From contig CAWBMV010000019.1 in the NCBI GenBank assembly GCA_963789955.1, positions 1 through 64,000 on the forward strand: a DNA stretch of 64,000 nucleotides, given 5' to 3'. Shown here piece by piece: positions 40,260-49,964 of this stretch. The notes under the pieces were generated by a model. It was not told the origin of the DNA. It did no database searches and was given only the letters and a program-made list of their open reading frames with translations. This DNA is from an uncultured Candidatus Rokubacteria bacterium. GTDB lineage: Bacteria > Methylomirabilota > Methylomirabilia > Rokubacteriales > CSP1-6. Made by a program: the position numbers and the translations under genes. The first letter of the stretch is position 1. Each line of letters opens with the position of its first letter.

Positions 40260-41294
40260 ATGAGGGTCGGCGTAGTCCTGGATGGGCGGCGCTCGGCGGC
40301 GGAGATCGCCGAGCTGGCGCGGCTGGCTGAAACGTACGGGTTTTCCCACGTATGGTTATCAGGGGGAGCCCGCACGAAGGACCATTTCGTGCGGCTTGCG
40401 CTGGCCGCCGCCGCGACGCGCCGGATCCGGCTCGGCCCGATCGCGGTGAGCCCGTTCGAGATGCACCCCGTCCACATCGGTCTGGCGCTCCTGACGCTCG
40501 ACGAGATCGCGCCGGGCCGCGCGTGCCTGGTGCTCGGGGCCGGCGGCGATCTGGCCGCGACGCTCGCGCCACCGAAACGAGGTCGGGTCGAGGCCGTCGA
40601 GGAGTGCCTCGACATCCTGCGCGCTCAGGCCGCGGGCGGCGAGATCAACTACGCCGGAGCCCACTATCGCGTGAAGGGGCTCTTCTCGCCGTGGAGCCGC
40701 GTCGCGATGGATCGGCTCTATCTCGGGGCCAACCGTCCGCGGATGCTCCGGCTGGGCGCGCGCAAGGCCGACGGCGTGATGGTGACCGACATGCCGCTCG
40801 GCTACCTCGGCGCGCTCGTCGCGCGGATCCGCGCCGAGCTGACCGAGGCCGGCCGTGAGCCGACGACATTCGCGCTCAGCAACTGGTTCGTGTGGAACGT
40901 CCAGGACACGCTCGCCGAGGCCGAGCGCCTCGCCCGGCGCCAGCTCGCGTTTCGTCTGTATTACATCCGCGAGATCGCGTCCTCGATCGGGCTCGCCGAT
41001 GCCGAGGCCCGGGAGCTTGCCGCGAACCAGCCGGAGATGTTGCGTGCGATCTTCGGGGGCCGCGAGCCGTGGTCGCCGCCGCCGCCCGTCGCCCAGCGGG
41101 TGATCGAGCACCTGACCTTGACCTCCGACCGCCGGGGGCTGGAAGGGTGTATCGGGCGGCTTCTCGACTTCGAGCGCCTCGGCCTCACCGAGATCGCGCT
41201 GGCGCCGCACGGTGACCCCGCCGCCGCGATCAAGCTGATCGGCGACGCGGTCATCCCCGCGGTCGACCGCTCGGGCGCCTCCCGCGTTCCGTGA
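40260..41294 (+). CDS. LLM class flavin-dependent oxidoreductase
   Basis: ATRRIRLGP, LDEIAPGRACLVLGAG, YLGAN.P.ML, ADG. Confidence 0.82.
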   Translation: MRVGVVLDGRRSAAEIAELARLAETYGFSHVWLSGGARTKDHFVRLALAAAATRRIRLGPIAVSPFEMHPVHIGLALLTLDEIAPGRACLVLGAGGDLAATLAPPKRGRVEAVEECLDILRAQAAGGEINYAGAHYRVKGLFSPWSRVAMDRLYLGANRPRMLRLGARKADGVMVTDMPLGYLGALVARIRAELTEAGREPTTFALSNWFVWNVQDTLAEAERLARRQLAFRLYYIREIASSIGLADAEARELAANQPEMLRAIFGGREPWSPPPPVAQRVIEHLTLTSDRRGLEGCIGRLLDFERLGLTEIALAPHGDPAAAIKLIGDAVIPAVDRSGASRVP

Positions 41295-41379
41295 CTGGCG
41301 GCCCGGGCCGGGCATGGCGTATTCTGTCGTCACCGGCCTTGAGCCGTGATCGGCGGCTAGCTGTCCCATCGGAGGACAC

Positions 41380-41751
41380 ATGATCAAACTCGATCACCTG
41401 ACGATCGCGGTGACCGACTGCGACAAGTCACGCGACTGGTACATCGCGACGCTCGGGCTCAAGCTCGAGTTCGAGATTCCAGAGCGGCGCACCTCGGCGG
41501 TACAGGACGAGGAAGGCTTCACGTTGTTTCTCGCCGAGACGCCCGGGGGACCGGGACGACCGAGCTGTGTCCTGACGTTCCAGGTGAGTGATGTCGAAAC
41601 GAAGCACAAGCAGCTGGTCGCGGCCGGGGTGCAGTTCGTCCATCCACCACAGAAGACGTTCTGGGGCTACGGCGCGGATCTGAAGGACCCCGACGGGTAT
41701 CACATCTGGCTGTGGGACGAGAAGTCGATGCGGGAGAAGGGCGAGGCGTAA
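41380..41751 (+). CDS. VOC family protein
   Basis: LDHLTI, FWGY, DPDGY; GGAGG RBS. Confidence 0.85.
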   Translation: MIKLDHLTIAVTDCDKSRDWYIATLGLKLEFEIPERRTSAVQDEEGFTLFLAETPGGPGRPSCVLTFQVSDVETKHKQLVAAGVQFVHPPQKTFWGYGADLKDPDGYHIWLWDEKSMREKGEA

Positions 41752-41760
41752 AGGGAGGAC

Positions 41761-42427
41761 ATGGCCATGTGGGGATCGCGAACGAAGCTCGTGATGCCGT
41801 CGAAGGACAAGGCGCTGCCGGGCCGCACCGAGCGTATGAGGGTGCCCGCCGCGCATTTCGTGAATCACCATCCGCTGACGGCGCCGTTCCCCGCGGGACT
41901 CGAGACGGCCATGTTCGGCATGGGTTGCTTCTGGGGCGCGGAGCGCAAGTTCTGGGAAGCGCCCGGCATGTTCACGACGGCGGTCGGCTACGCGGCCGGC
42001 TTGACGCCCAATCCCTACCTACGAAGAGGTGTGCTCCGGCCTCACCGGCCACAACGAAGTCGTGCTCGTCGTCTTCGATCCCAAGCGCATCGGCTACGAC
42101 GGAATCTTGAAGATTTTCTGGGAGAGCCACGATCCGACGCAGGGCATGCGTCAGGGCAACGACGTGGGCACGCAGTATCGCTCCGGCATCTATGTCTACA
42201 CGCCGGAGCAGCGCAAGCAGGCCGAAGCCGCGCGTGATGCCTATCAGCGCATGCTGTCGAAGGCGGGTTACGGCCCGATCACCACGGAGATCCTCGACGC
42301 GCCCGAGTTCTACTACGCCGAGGACTATCACCAGCAGTATCTGGCGAAGAATCCCGGCGGCTACTGCGGGCTCGGCGGTACCGGCGTCGCCTGCCAGACC
42401 GGCCTCGTCGAGGCCTCGGGCCGCTAG
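41761..42427 (+). CDS. msrA: Peptide-methionine (S)-S-oxide reductase, frameshift near 42015
   Basis: GCFWG active site, [32 protein letters not shown]. Confidence 0.93.
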
Positions 42428-44741
42428 CGTCCCTTCAGCGCCTGCCAGACGCGCTCCGGTCGGAGCGGCATGTCGAGGTGTCGCACGCCGAACGACTTGA
42501 GCGCGTCGACGACCGCATTGACGATCGCCGGCGTCGCGCCGATCGTGGCCGCCTCGCCGATGCCCTTGGCTCCCATCGGGTTGCGGGGCGACGGCGTCAC
42601 CGTCTGGTCCGTCTTGAAGAACGGAAGATCGTCGGCGTGCGGCACCGGGTAGTCCATGAGCGTGCCGGTCACGAGCTGTCCATCGGAGCCGTAGACCAGC
42701 TCTTCGATCAGCGCCTGCGCGATGCCCTGCGCGAGACCGCCGTGCACCTGCCCGGTCACCAATGTCGGGCTGATGCGCACGCCACAATCGTCGACCGAGA
42801 TGAAGTCGCGCACGGTGACGTGTCCGGTGTCGCGATCCGCTTCGACCACCGCGACGTGGGCGCCGAACGGATAGACGAGGGCCGGAGGCCGGAAGAACTC
42901 GGTCGACTCGAGGCCTGACTCGATCCCTTCGGGCAGGCCCTCGCCGTAGGCGCGCGCGCGCGATCGCGTCCATGGTGAGCGCCTTGTCGGGCACGCCCTT
43001 CACCTGATAGCGGCCGTCGTTGAGAACGACGTCGGCCTCGGCCGCCTCGAGCATGTGAGCCGCGAGGCGCCGCGCCTTCGCCTGCACCTTGAGCGCTGCG
43101 CCCATGATGGCCGAGCCGCCCACGACCAGGCTCCGACTGCCACCGGTGCCGTTGCCCATCGGGGTGTTCAAGGTGTCGCCGTGGCGCACCACGATCTTGT
43201 CGAACGGCACGCCGAGATGATCGGACAGGATCTGCGAGAACGAGGTCTCGTGCCCCTGGCCGTGCGCCGAGGTCCCGGTGTACGCGGTGACGGTGCCCCC
43301 GGGCTCCACGCGCACGACCGCGCTCTCGAACGGGCCGAAGCCACACATCTCGACGTAGCAGGACATGCCGATGCCGAGCAGCTTCCGGTCCTGGCGCTGC
43401 AGGCGCTCTTTCTGCTCGGCGCGGAGCTTCGTGTAGCCCGACAGCTCGAGCGCCTTCGTGAGCGCGCGGTCGTACTCGCCGCTGTCGTAGTGCTGGCCCG
43501 TCGGCGCCTGATACGGAAACGCGCTCGGCGGGATGAAGTTCTTGCGCCGCACGTCTTCGGGCGCCCGTCCGAGCTCGGCCGCGATCACGTCGATCAGCCG
43601 CTCGAGGTAGTACGCGGCTTCCGGCCGCCCGGCGCCGCGATACGCGGCGACGCTCGTCGAGTTGGTGAAGACACACGTGGACTGAAGATCGACGTTCGTG
43701 AACTTGTAGACGCCGACGCCCATGCTCAGGGTGAGATCGGGAATGAACGTGAAGATCGGATACGCGCCGATGTCCGCGGTCACCCGCATGCGGAGCGCGG
43801 TGATGGTGCCGTCGTCCTCGACCGCGGCCTCGAGGTCGGTGACCTGCGCGCGGCCGTGCGTGGTCGCCATCATGTGCTCGAGCCGCGTCTCGGTCCAGCG
43901 CAGCGGCATGCGGTAGAGTCGCGCGAGCGCGGCGACGGTCGCGTCTTCCGGGTAGCAGCCGAACTTCACGCCGAAGCCGCCGCCGACCTCCGGGGCGATC
44001 ACCCGGATCAGGTTCTGGGGCATGCCGAGCGCCGTCGCCAGGTCGTTGCGCAGGCCGTGCGGCGCCTGGTTCGTCGCCCACACCATGAGGCCGCCCGAGG
44101 TCGGGATCGGGCGCCGCCAGCACCGCGCGGCCTTCCATCGGCACGCCGCAGAGCCGCTGGCTGACCATGCGCTGCTTCACGACGCGCTTGGCCTTGGCGA
44201 ACGCGGCGTCCGGGTCGCCGGACTTGATCGTGGTCTGATGCTCGATGTTCCCGGCCGCATCGTCGTGGAGCTGGGGCGCGCCTTTCGCCATGGCCTGGAA
44301 CACGTCGGCCACCGCGGGGAGCGGCTCCCAGTCGACGACGACGTCTGCCGCGGCATCGACCGCGACTTCTTCCGACGTCGCGATGACCGCGGCGACGGCC
44401 TCGCCGACGTGGCGAACGCGATCGACCGACAGGGGATAGTGCTTGCGCCCGATATTGGCCGACGCATCGCTGCTGCCGCCCTCCCCAGCACCGGCGATGG
44501 GCAGCGCCGCACAGAGCTTGCGGATCTCGTTGCCGGTCACCACCTTGAACACGCCCGCGCGTTTGAGCGCCGGCGCGGCGTCGATCCGCCGAATACGCGC
44601 GTGCGCGTGCGGGCTGCGGACAAACGCGACGTAGTGCATACCCGGCAGCGCCAGGTCGCCCACGTACGTCGAGGTGCCCGTGATCAGACGGGGGTCTTCC
44701 TTGCGTTTGACTTCCGCTCCCATCAGTCGTGGAGTCGCCAT
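42424..44741 (-). CDS. Xanthine dehydrogenase family molybdopterin subunit (form II CoxL-like), frameshifted
   Basis: [37 protein letters not shown]. Confidence 0.88.
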
Positions 44742-44748
44742 GGTCAGT

Positions 44749-44755
44749 TAGAATA
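44749..44755. promoter_or_regulatory. Overlapping bidirectional -10 element
   Basis: TAGAAT (+) 5 nt before ATG 44760 and TATTCT (-) 8 nt before ATG 44741, in an 18-nt gap. Confidence 0.55.
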
Positions 44756-44759
44756 CCGC

Positions 44760-44972
44760 ATGCGCCGTCGCCGTCCAGGGCTCGTCACCGTGGCGTTCGT
44801 CGGCCTCGTGCTGGCCGCGTGCGCCGTCGGAGGATCCGCGGATACCGAGCTCGCCGACGGCCAGCGGCCGCTCGGGCGCGACGGCAAGCCCGATCCGCGC
44901 TTGCTGGCCGATCTGCGCAATGCACCGTTTCCACTGCAGAATTACGTCGCGCCGTTCGACCTGCTACCATGA
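44760..44972 (+). CDS. Small putative lipoprotein
   Basis: MRRRR + hydrophobic stretch + LAAC lipobox; ATGA overlap with next gene. Confidence 0.55.
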   Translation: MRRRRPGLVTVAFVGLVLAACAVGGSADTELADGQRPLGRDGKPDPRLLADLRNAPFPLQNYVAPFDLLP

Positions 44973-45652
44973 GCCAGCTCGAAGCGATCGAGATCGAAAC
45001 CACCGCGTCGCCCGGCGTCAGCATCATCTGGATGCACGGGCTCGGGGCCGACGGCCACGACTTCGTCGACATCGTGCCCGAGCTCCGCCTGCCCGCGCGG
45101 CCGGGCGTCCGGTTCGTGTTTCCCCACGCGCCGATGCGTCCGGTGACGATCAACGGCGGCTACGTGATGCGCGCCTGGTACGACATCCGCGACGACGGCG
45201 GTGTGCGGCGCGAGGACCCTGCGGGCGTACGCGCCTCCCAGAAGGCGATCGAGGCGCTGATCCAGCGCGAGAAGGAGCGCGGCGTGCCGGCCGCGTCGAT
45301 CGTGCTCGCCGGGTTCTCGCAGGGTGGCGCGATGGCGCTGCACACGAGCCTCCGCCACGGCGAGCGGCTGGCCGGCGTCATGGCGCTCTCGTGCTCGCTG
45401 CCGCTCGCGGACACGCTGGCCGCCGAGGCCGCGCCCGCGAACCGCGATGTGCCGATCTTCATGGCACATGGAACCCAGGATCCGATGATCCCGATGGCGC
45501 GCGCGTTGCGGGCGCGGGAGACGCTCGTGGGGCTCGGCTATCGTGTGGAGTGGCACGAATACCCGATGCCGCATTCGGTCTGCGCCGAGGAGGTTCGCGA
45601 TATCTCCACCTGGCTCGGGGTGGTGCTCGGCGCGGCGTCCTCGACTCGTTGA
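44969..45652 (+). CDS. Carboxylesterase / phospholipase (alpha/beta hydrolase)
   Basis: HGLGADG, MRAWYDI, GFSQG nucleophile, HGTQD, PHSV. Confidence 0.92.
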   Translation: MSQLEAIEIETTASPGVSIIWMHGLGADGHDFVDIVPELRLPARPGVRFVFPHAPMRPVTINGGYVMRAWYDIRDDGGVRREDPAGVRASQKAIEALIQREKERGVPAASIVLAGFSQGGAMALHTSLRHGERLAGVMALSCSLPLADTLAAEAAPANRDVPIFMAHGTQDPMIPMARALRARETLVGLGYRVEWHEYPMPHSVCAEEVRDISTWLGVVLGAASSTR

Positions 45653-45669
45653 CAGACCACGCCTACGGC

Positions 45670-45909
45670 GGTTGACTGGATTCGACGGGAGGCTCGGCGC
45701 CGCCTCCTGGTCTGGGTGTTAACCCGACTGGAGTCAATCATGGAGACACCACCGGGCTCGAGTGGCGCGCCGTCGGGCGGTTCGCCGCTGGCAGCGCGCC
45801 AAACCTAGGATCGTAAACAAGTCCCGGCGCATGTCGGGACGCGCAGCCCAGTGCTGCGCAAAACCCCACGGCGCTTGGGAGTGGAGCACCGGTCCCGCTC
45901 CCAAGCGTC
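45670..45909 (+). ncRNA. Candidate structured RNA of unknown family
   Basis: Seven helices (three-way junction plus four hairpins) separated by A-rich linkers; G-U wobbles favour the + strand. Confidence 0.45.
45870..45909. terminator. 15-bp stem-loop between convergent genes (possible terminator or RNA 3' end)
   Basis: GGCGCTTGGGAGTGG pairs with CCGCTCCCAAGCGTC; no U-tract on +, TTTT follows 6 nt later on -. Confidence 0.45.
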
Positions 45910-45911
45910 CG

Positions 45912-46871
45912 CTAAGCCCGCGCGACTTTTCGCAGGTCCTCGAGCAGCATCGCGTAGAGCTCGGCCTGCTGCGTCTCGCCCTCGCCGCGGAGCACGGCCG
46001 AGGGATGGTAGGTCGCGATCGTCTTCGGCGCCCAGCGTGTCGCTTCGAAGCGGCCACGGTCCTTCGTGATCCTGAACTTGTCGCCGAAGATCGCACGGGC
46101 CGCCGTCGCGCCGAGGCAGACGAGCACGTCCGGTTTGATCACGGCGAGCTCGGCTTCGAGCCACGGGCGGCACGCGTTGAGCTCGGTCGCGCGCGGCGTC
46201 TGGTGGATCCGGCGCTTGCCGCGCTGCTCGAACTTGAAGTGCTTGACCGCGTTGGTGACGTAGACCTTCTCGCGCTCGAGCCCGGCTTCGAGTAGCGCCT
46301 TGTCGAACACCTCGCCCGCCGGCCCGACGAACGGCGCTCCCTGAAGATCTTCTTGATCGCCGGGCTGCTCGCCGATGAACACGATCCGCGCGCTGGCCGG
46401 GCCGCGGCCGAAGACGGTCTGAGAGGCGTGGCGGTAGAGATCGCATCCCTTGCATCGCGCCGCGGCCGCCTTGAGCTCGTCGAGTCCCGCGCCGGCGGGA
46501 ACGAACGGCGTGGCGCTGTCGGCCTCCGGCTCGGCGGTGTGTTGCGTGAGCAGTGCGTGGAATCGCCGAACTCCGGGATCGCGGGTATCGTTCAAGAGCT
46601 CGCGACTCTCGTGAACGAGCCGCCAGAGCGTCTCGTAGAGAATCTGCCATCGCGCGGGCTCGGACGCCGCCGCGGCCTGACGCGCAAGCTCCACGAATTG
46701 CCGCGGTACCTTGACCGTACCAGCCGGCGCCGGGTGGTCGTGGAGCGACGGCTGCCGCGACGGCGACGCCTCGTGCCATCGCACCTGCGTGGGTGGCGTT
46801 GCGTCTCTCAGGAGCGCGCGCGCCGCGGCTTGCCAGCTCTCGAACGTCGGCTCGATCTCGACCGTCTTCAT
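45912..46871 (-). CDS. udgX: UdgX family uracil-DNA binding protein with N-terminal DUF4130-like segment
   Basis: CKGC Fe-S ligands, GEQPGDQED, KHFKF..RGKRRIH, HPS motifs. Confidence 0.88.
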   Translation of the reverse strand: MKTVEIEPTFESWQAAARALLRDATPPTQVRWHEASPSRQPSLHDHPAPAGTVKVPRQFVELARQAAAASEPARWQILYETLWRLVHESRELLNDTRDPGVRRFHALLTQHTAEPEADSATPFVPAGAGLDELKAAAARCKGCDLYRHASQTVFGRGPASARIVFIGEQPGDQEDLQGAPFVGPAGEVFDKALLEAGLEREKVYVTNAVKHFKFEQRGKRRIHQTPRATELNACRPWLEAELAVIKPDVLVCLGATAARAIFGDKFRITKDRGRFEATRWAPKTIATYHPSAVLRGEGETQQAELYAMLLEDLRKVARA

Positions 46872-46934
46872 CGTGACGTGGACTGCATCATGAAGATCGA
46901 CCGCCTACTCCTCATCGTACCAACCGCCCAAAAC

Positions 46935-47192
46935 CTACTCGATGCCCCGGTACCAGCCGGCGGGCGGAGGCGCCTGCTGCTGCGCCCTGGTCCAGCCACG
47001 ACTCCGCAGGCAGGCGCGGTAGACGTCTTCGATGAAGATTCCGTACTGCGGGCTGGCTTCTTTGGAGCACGCCGAGCTATCGCGGTTGAAGTCGTCCTGC
47101 GAGGCGCCGGTCTTGCCCCAGTAGTGGAGCCCGCAGCCGCCCAGGCCCGCCAGGAGCGCGAGCGTAACCCCCACGCGCCGCGCCGGGATCAT
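46935..47192 (-). CDS. Small putative lipoprotein
   Basis: LGGC lipobox; W.K.G...D...C...Y.AC...RGW. Confidence 0.65.
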   Translation of the reverse strand: MIPARRVGVTLALLAGLGGCGLHYWGKTGASQDDFNRDSSACSKEASPQYGIFIEDVYRACLRSRGWTRAQQQAPPPAGWYRGIE

Positions 47193-47908
47193 CGCGTGAC
47201 GAGCGCGAACCGGACGTGGACGTCACGCGGGTCGAGCGCCATCTTCGCGGCGACCTGCTCGACGATCTGGGTCACGACCTGCCGGAACGCGCTGTTCATA
47301 AGACGATCGACGCTGGTCGCATGACTGATGCCCCAGGCGCTCTCGTCGCGATCGCCCATGCTGACAACGTTGTCGAACGCCACATCCCCGGTCTGCACGC
47401 GCACCAGGGTCACCTCGAGCGTGACCGACCGCCGACTGATGACCGTCCATCCGGCGTCGTTCGTGATCTCGAAGACGAGCACTCGGCCGCCGAGAACGTA
47501 GGGCACCCCGGCTTGTTCGCCGGCGGCGCGCATGTCGGCGAGCTTGTCCTTCGTGAGAATCTTCGCGATCGGCTTGCTCTCGACGCCGGCTCGGGTGAAC
47601 TCCTCGACGAACAGCGCCTGAACGAGGTCGGCCACGGGCACGAACTCCTGGCCCTTGTACGTCATCCCGAATCGCCACGAGCCCTGACGCATCACGTAGG
47701 TGAGGTTGTCGGGATCCGACTGGACGACGGAGGCGCGACGGTCTTCGGGCTTGGCCACGCCCAGGGTGATCCCTTTCAGCGAGTCGGCCTGCGGGAGGCG
47801 ATACAGAGCGGGCGAGTAGTTCATCTCCAGCGAGCGCGTGCATCCGACGAATGCGGCCAGAGCCAGGAGCCCGAGCGTCAGACGGGTCAACAACGGGTCG
47901 ACTCGCAT
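47189..47908 (-). CDS. Putative lipoprotein
   Basis: FVGC lipobox; AAGGAGG RBS before ATG 47908. Confidence 0.65.
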   Translation of the reverse strand: MRVDPLLTRLTLGLLALAAFVGCTRSLEMNYSPALYRLPQADSLKGITLGVAKPEDRRASVVQSDPDNLTYVMRQGSWRFGMTYKGQEFVPVADLVQALFVEEFTRAGVESKPIAKILTKDKLADMRAAGEQAGVPYVLGGRVLVFEITNDAGWTVISRRSVTLEVTLVRVQTGDVAFDNVVSMGDRDESAWGISHATSVDRLMNSAFRQVVTQIVEQVAAKMALDPRDVHVRFALVTR

Positions 47909-47954
47909 GGGTCGCCTCCTTCGGCGCGTTCGGCCGCGAGATTGTAGCGCGGTC

Positions 47955-48287
47955 TCAGCGCTTCCGGTCGCGACCGAAAAAGCCGTCTTTAGGTCGCGCG
48001 TGGGCGTGGAAGTGGTCGGGGATGTTGCGCATGTGGCCGTCCACCCAGAACTCGCCGATCTGCGCCGTCGCGACCTCGCGCAGCCGCTCGCGCATGTGCG
48101 CAACGTGCGCCTCCGGGGGAGCCGTGCCGTGGAAGCGCCACACCACCATCGGCGTCTCGCAGATCTCGCACTCGGCGATCCAGCAGATGTCGTCCTCGAA
48201 AAACCAGGGCGTCAGCTTCAGAGCGCGGCACAGGTCGCAGTCCTTGACGCGGATGAACTCGGGATTGGCGGGGGTGGATTCGCTCAT
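47955..48287 (-). CDS. Small HIT-like Cys/His-rich protein
   Basis: CDLC, CEIC and HFHAH motifs. Confidence 0.6.
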   Translation of the reverse strand: MSESTPANPEFIRVKDCDLCRALKLTPWFFEDDICWIAECEICETPMVVWRFHGTAPPEAHVAHMRERLREVATAQIGEFWVDGHMRNIPDHFHAHARPKDGFFGRDRKR

Positions 48288-48340
48288 GGCCCAATACCCT
48301 ACCGCAACCTTGGGTCCGCGCGACCATCGTTCGCCATGCC

Positions 48341-48784
48341 TCAGCGGCCGTCCGACGGCGCCGCGCGCAGGATCATGCAGGTGCTCACGGCGTGAGCCAC
48401 GAGCTTGTCGCCGCTATCGAGGACGTCGCACTCGATGAGGCCGAGCGTGCGGCCGGCGTTCTTCACCTTGGCGCGCGCCGAGATGCGGCCGGTGCGGACG
48501 GCCCTCAGGAAGTTCACCTTCATCTCGACGGTCGTGTAGCTCTCACCCTCGCCGAGCGTCGTCATGTAGGCCCAGCCCATCGCCGCGTCGGCGACCGCGG
48601 CGAGAACGCCGCCCTGGACGGTGCCCATCGGGTTTCCGTGGGCGGCGGTCGCGTCGAGCTCCACGAGGGCCTCGCCGGCACTGAACGACGCGAGCCGCAT
48701 GCCGAGCAAGGTCGCCGCCGCCGGCAGAGGGGCCTCGCCCCGCAGCATCGCCTCCATGCCGTCCAGCATCTTCGCCATCGTCAC
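48341..48784 (-). CDS. PaaI family thioesterase
   Basis: NPMGTVQGG...ADAAMG, TVEMKVNFLR. Confidence 0.88.
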   Translation of the reverse strand: MTMAKMLDGMEAMLRGEAPLPAAATLLGMRLASFSAGEALVELDATAAHGNPMGTVQGGVLAAVADAAMGWAYMTTLGEGESYTTVEMKVNFLRAVRTGRISARAKVKNAGRTLGLIECDVLDSGDKLVAHAVSTCMILRAAPSDGR

Positions 48785-48904
48785 GCTCCCTTGAACGATT
48801 CGATTCGACTCGCGCCTGCAGGCGCGTCACTCTAGGCGCCCGCGCAGCCGGCCGTCAACCCATCGAGGCCGGCTCGCTTCGATCGGTCTGCTAGGATCGT
48901 GAGC

Positions 48905-49846
48905 GTGATCGCGCTTGCCCTGGTACTGGTGTCCCTCGGGGCCGGAGATCACGATCGCTCGCTCGCCTTCGGCGGCGCCACGCGAACCTACTTCGTGCAC
49001 GTCCCGCCGCGTGTGAGCGAGGGACAGCCCTTGCCGGTCGTGCTCGCGTTTCACGGTGGCGGCGGCAACGCGTCCGGGTTCAAGGCCTATGCCGGGCTCG
49101 ACGCGCTGGCCGACCGCGAGGGATTCGTGGTCGTCTATCCCGACGGGTCGGGACGACTCGGCCGCCGGCTGCTGACCTGGAACGCCGGCGGCTGCTGCGG
49201 CTACGCCGCGGCGCAGAACGTGGACGACGTCGGCTTCGCGCTCGCCGTGCTGCGCGACGTCGCGCGCAACGTGTCGGTCGACCCCGCGCGCGTCTATGCC
49301 ACGGGCCACTCGAACGGCGCCATGATGGCCTACCGCATGGCGATCGACGCGTCCGACCGCATCGCGGCGGTCGCGCCCGTGGCCGGCGCGATGCAGGCGC
49401 CGGGCTTCCCGCCGCCGCGCCCGGTGCCGGTGCTCCACATTCACAGCGTCGACGATCCGCGCGCGCTCTACGCGGGCGGCCTCGGGCCGCCGTTTCCGGG
49501 CACCCAGAGCCGCGTCACCCATCGTGCCGTCGAGCCGGAGCTCCAGAAGTGGGTCGCGCACGACCGTTGTCCCAGCGAGCCGCGGACCGTGGAGCAGCGC
49601 ACCACGCCCTCGCGCGGCGCACCCGATCACACGGCGACCCTCCTCGTGTGGGGACCGTGTGCCGGCGGCGCGGAAGTGCAGCTCTGGAAGCTGACCGGCG
49701 CGGGCCACGGCTGGCCGGGCGGGCACGTGCGGCTCCCCGAGAAGATCATGGGCCCGGAAACCGTCACGATCGACGCGGCCCTGGAAGTCTGGCGGTTCGT
49801 GTCCCGCTTCCGTCGACCGGACGCGCCCGCGCTCGAAGCCCGCTGA
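48905..49846 (+). CDS. Exported PHB depolymerase/LpqC-like esterase
   Basis: FHGGGG, WNAG.CCG, GHSNG nucleophile, GHGWPG; start GTG 48899 or 48905. Confidence 0.87.
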   Translation: MIALALVLVSLGAGDHDRSLAFGGATRTYFVHVPPRVSEGQPLPVVLAFHGGGGNASGFKAYAGLDALADREGFVVVYPDGSGRLGRRLLTWNAGGCCGYAAAQNVDDVGFALAVLRDVARNVSVDPARVYATGHSNGAMMAYRMAIDASDRIAAVAPVAGAMQAPGFPPPRPVPVLHIHSVDDPRALYAGGLGPPFPGTQSRVTHRAVEPELQKWVAHDRCPSEPRTVEQRTTPSRGAPDHTATLLVWGPCAGGAEVQLWKLTGAGHGWPGGHVRLPEKIMGPETVTIDAALEVWRFVSRFRRPDAPALEAR

Positions 49847-49892
49847 GCACCGCATCTTGGCGGGCCTCCGCGGCCCGGGTGATACGATCGTT

Positions 49893-49945
49893 GCAGTGTG
49901 CGCTGCAGGCCGTCGCGGGGCTGGGGCCCCGCCGGCCGAGGCGCG
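49893..49945 (+). repeat. Third copy of the palindromic element seen at 1419-1542
   Basis: GCGCTGCA-GGCCG-TC-GCGGGGC-TGGG-GCCCCGC-CGGCC-GAG-GCGCG. Confidence 0.85.
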
Positions 49946-49964
49946 ATCATAAACAGTCGCGATC

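Noticed and set aside
41761..42427. Selenocysteine form of MsrA
   Set aside because: The active site is TGC (GCFWG); the split is a frameshift, not a UGA.
42424..44741. Aerobic CO dehydrogenase (form I coxL)
   Set aside because: Lacks the AYxCSFR motif and adjacent coxM/coxS.
45670..45740. tmRNA or tRNA-Sec
   Set aside because: Only a short CTGGATTCGACGGG resemblance; no TTCRA T-loop, CCA end, tag reading frame or UCA anticodon arm.
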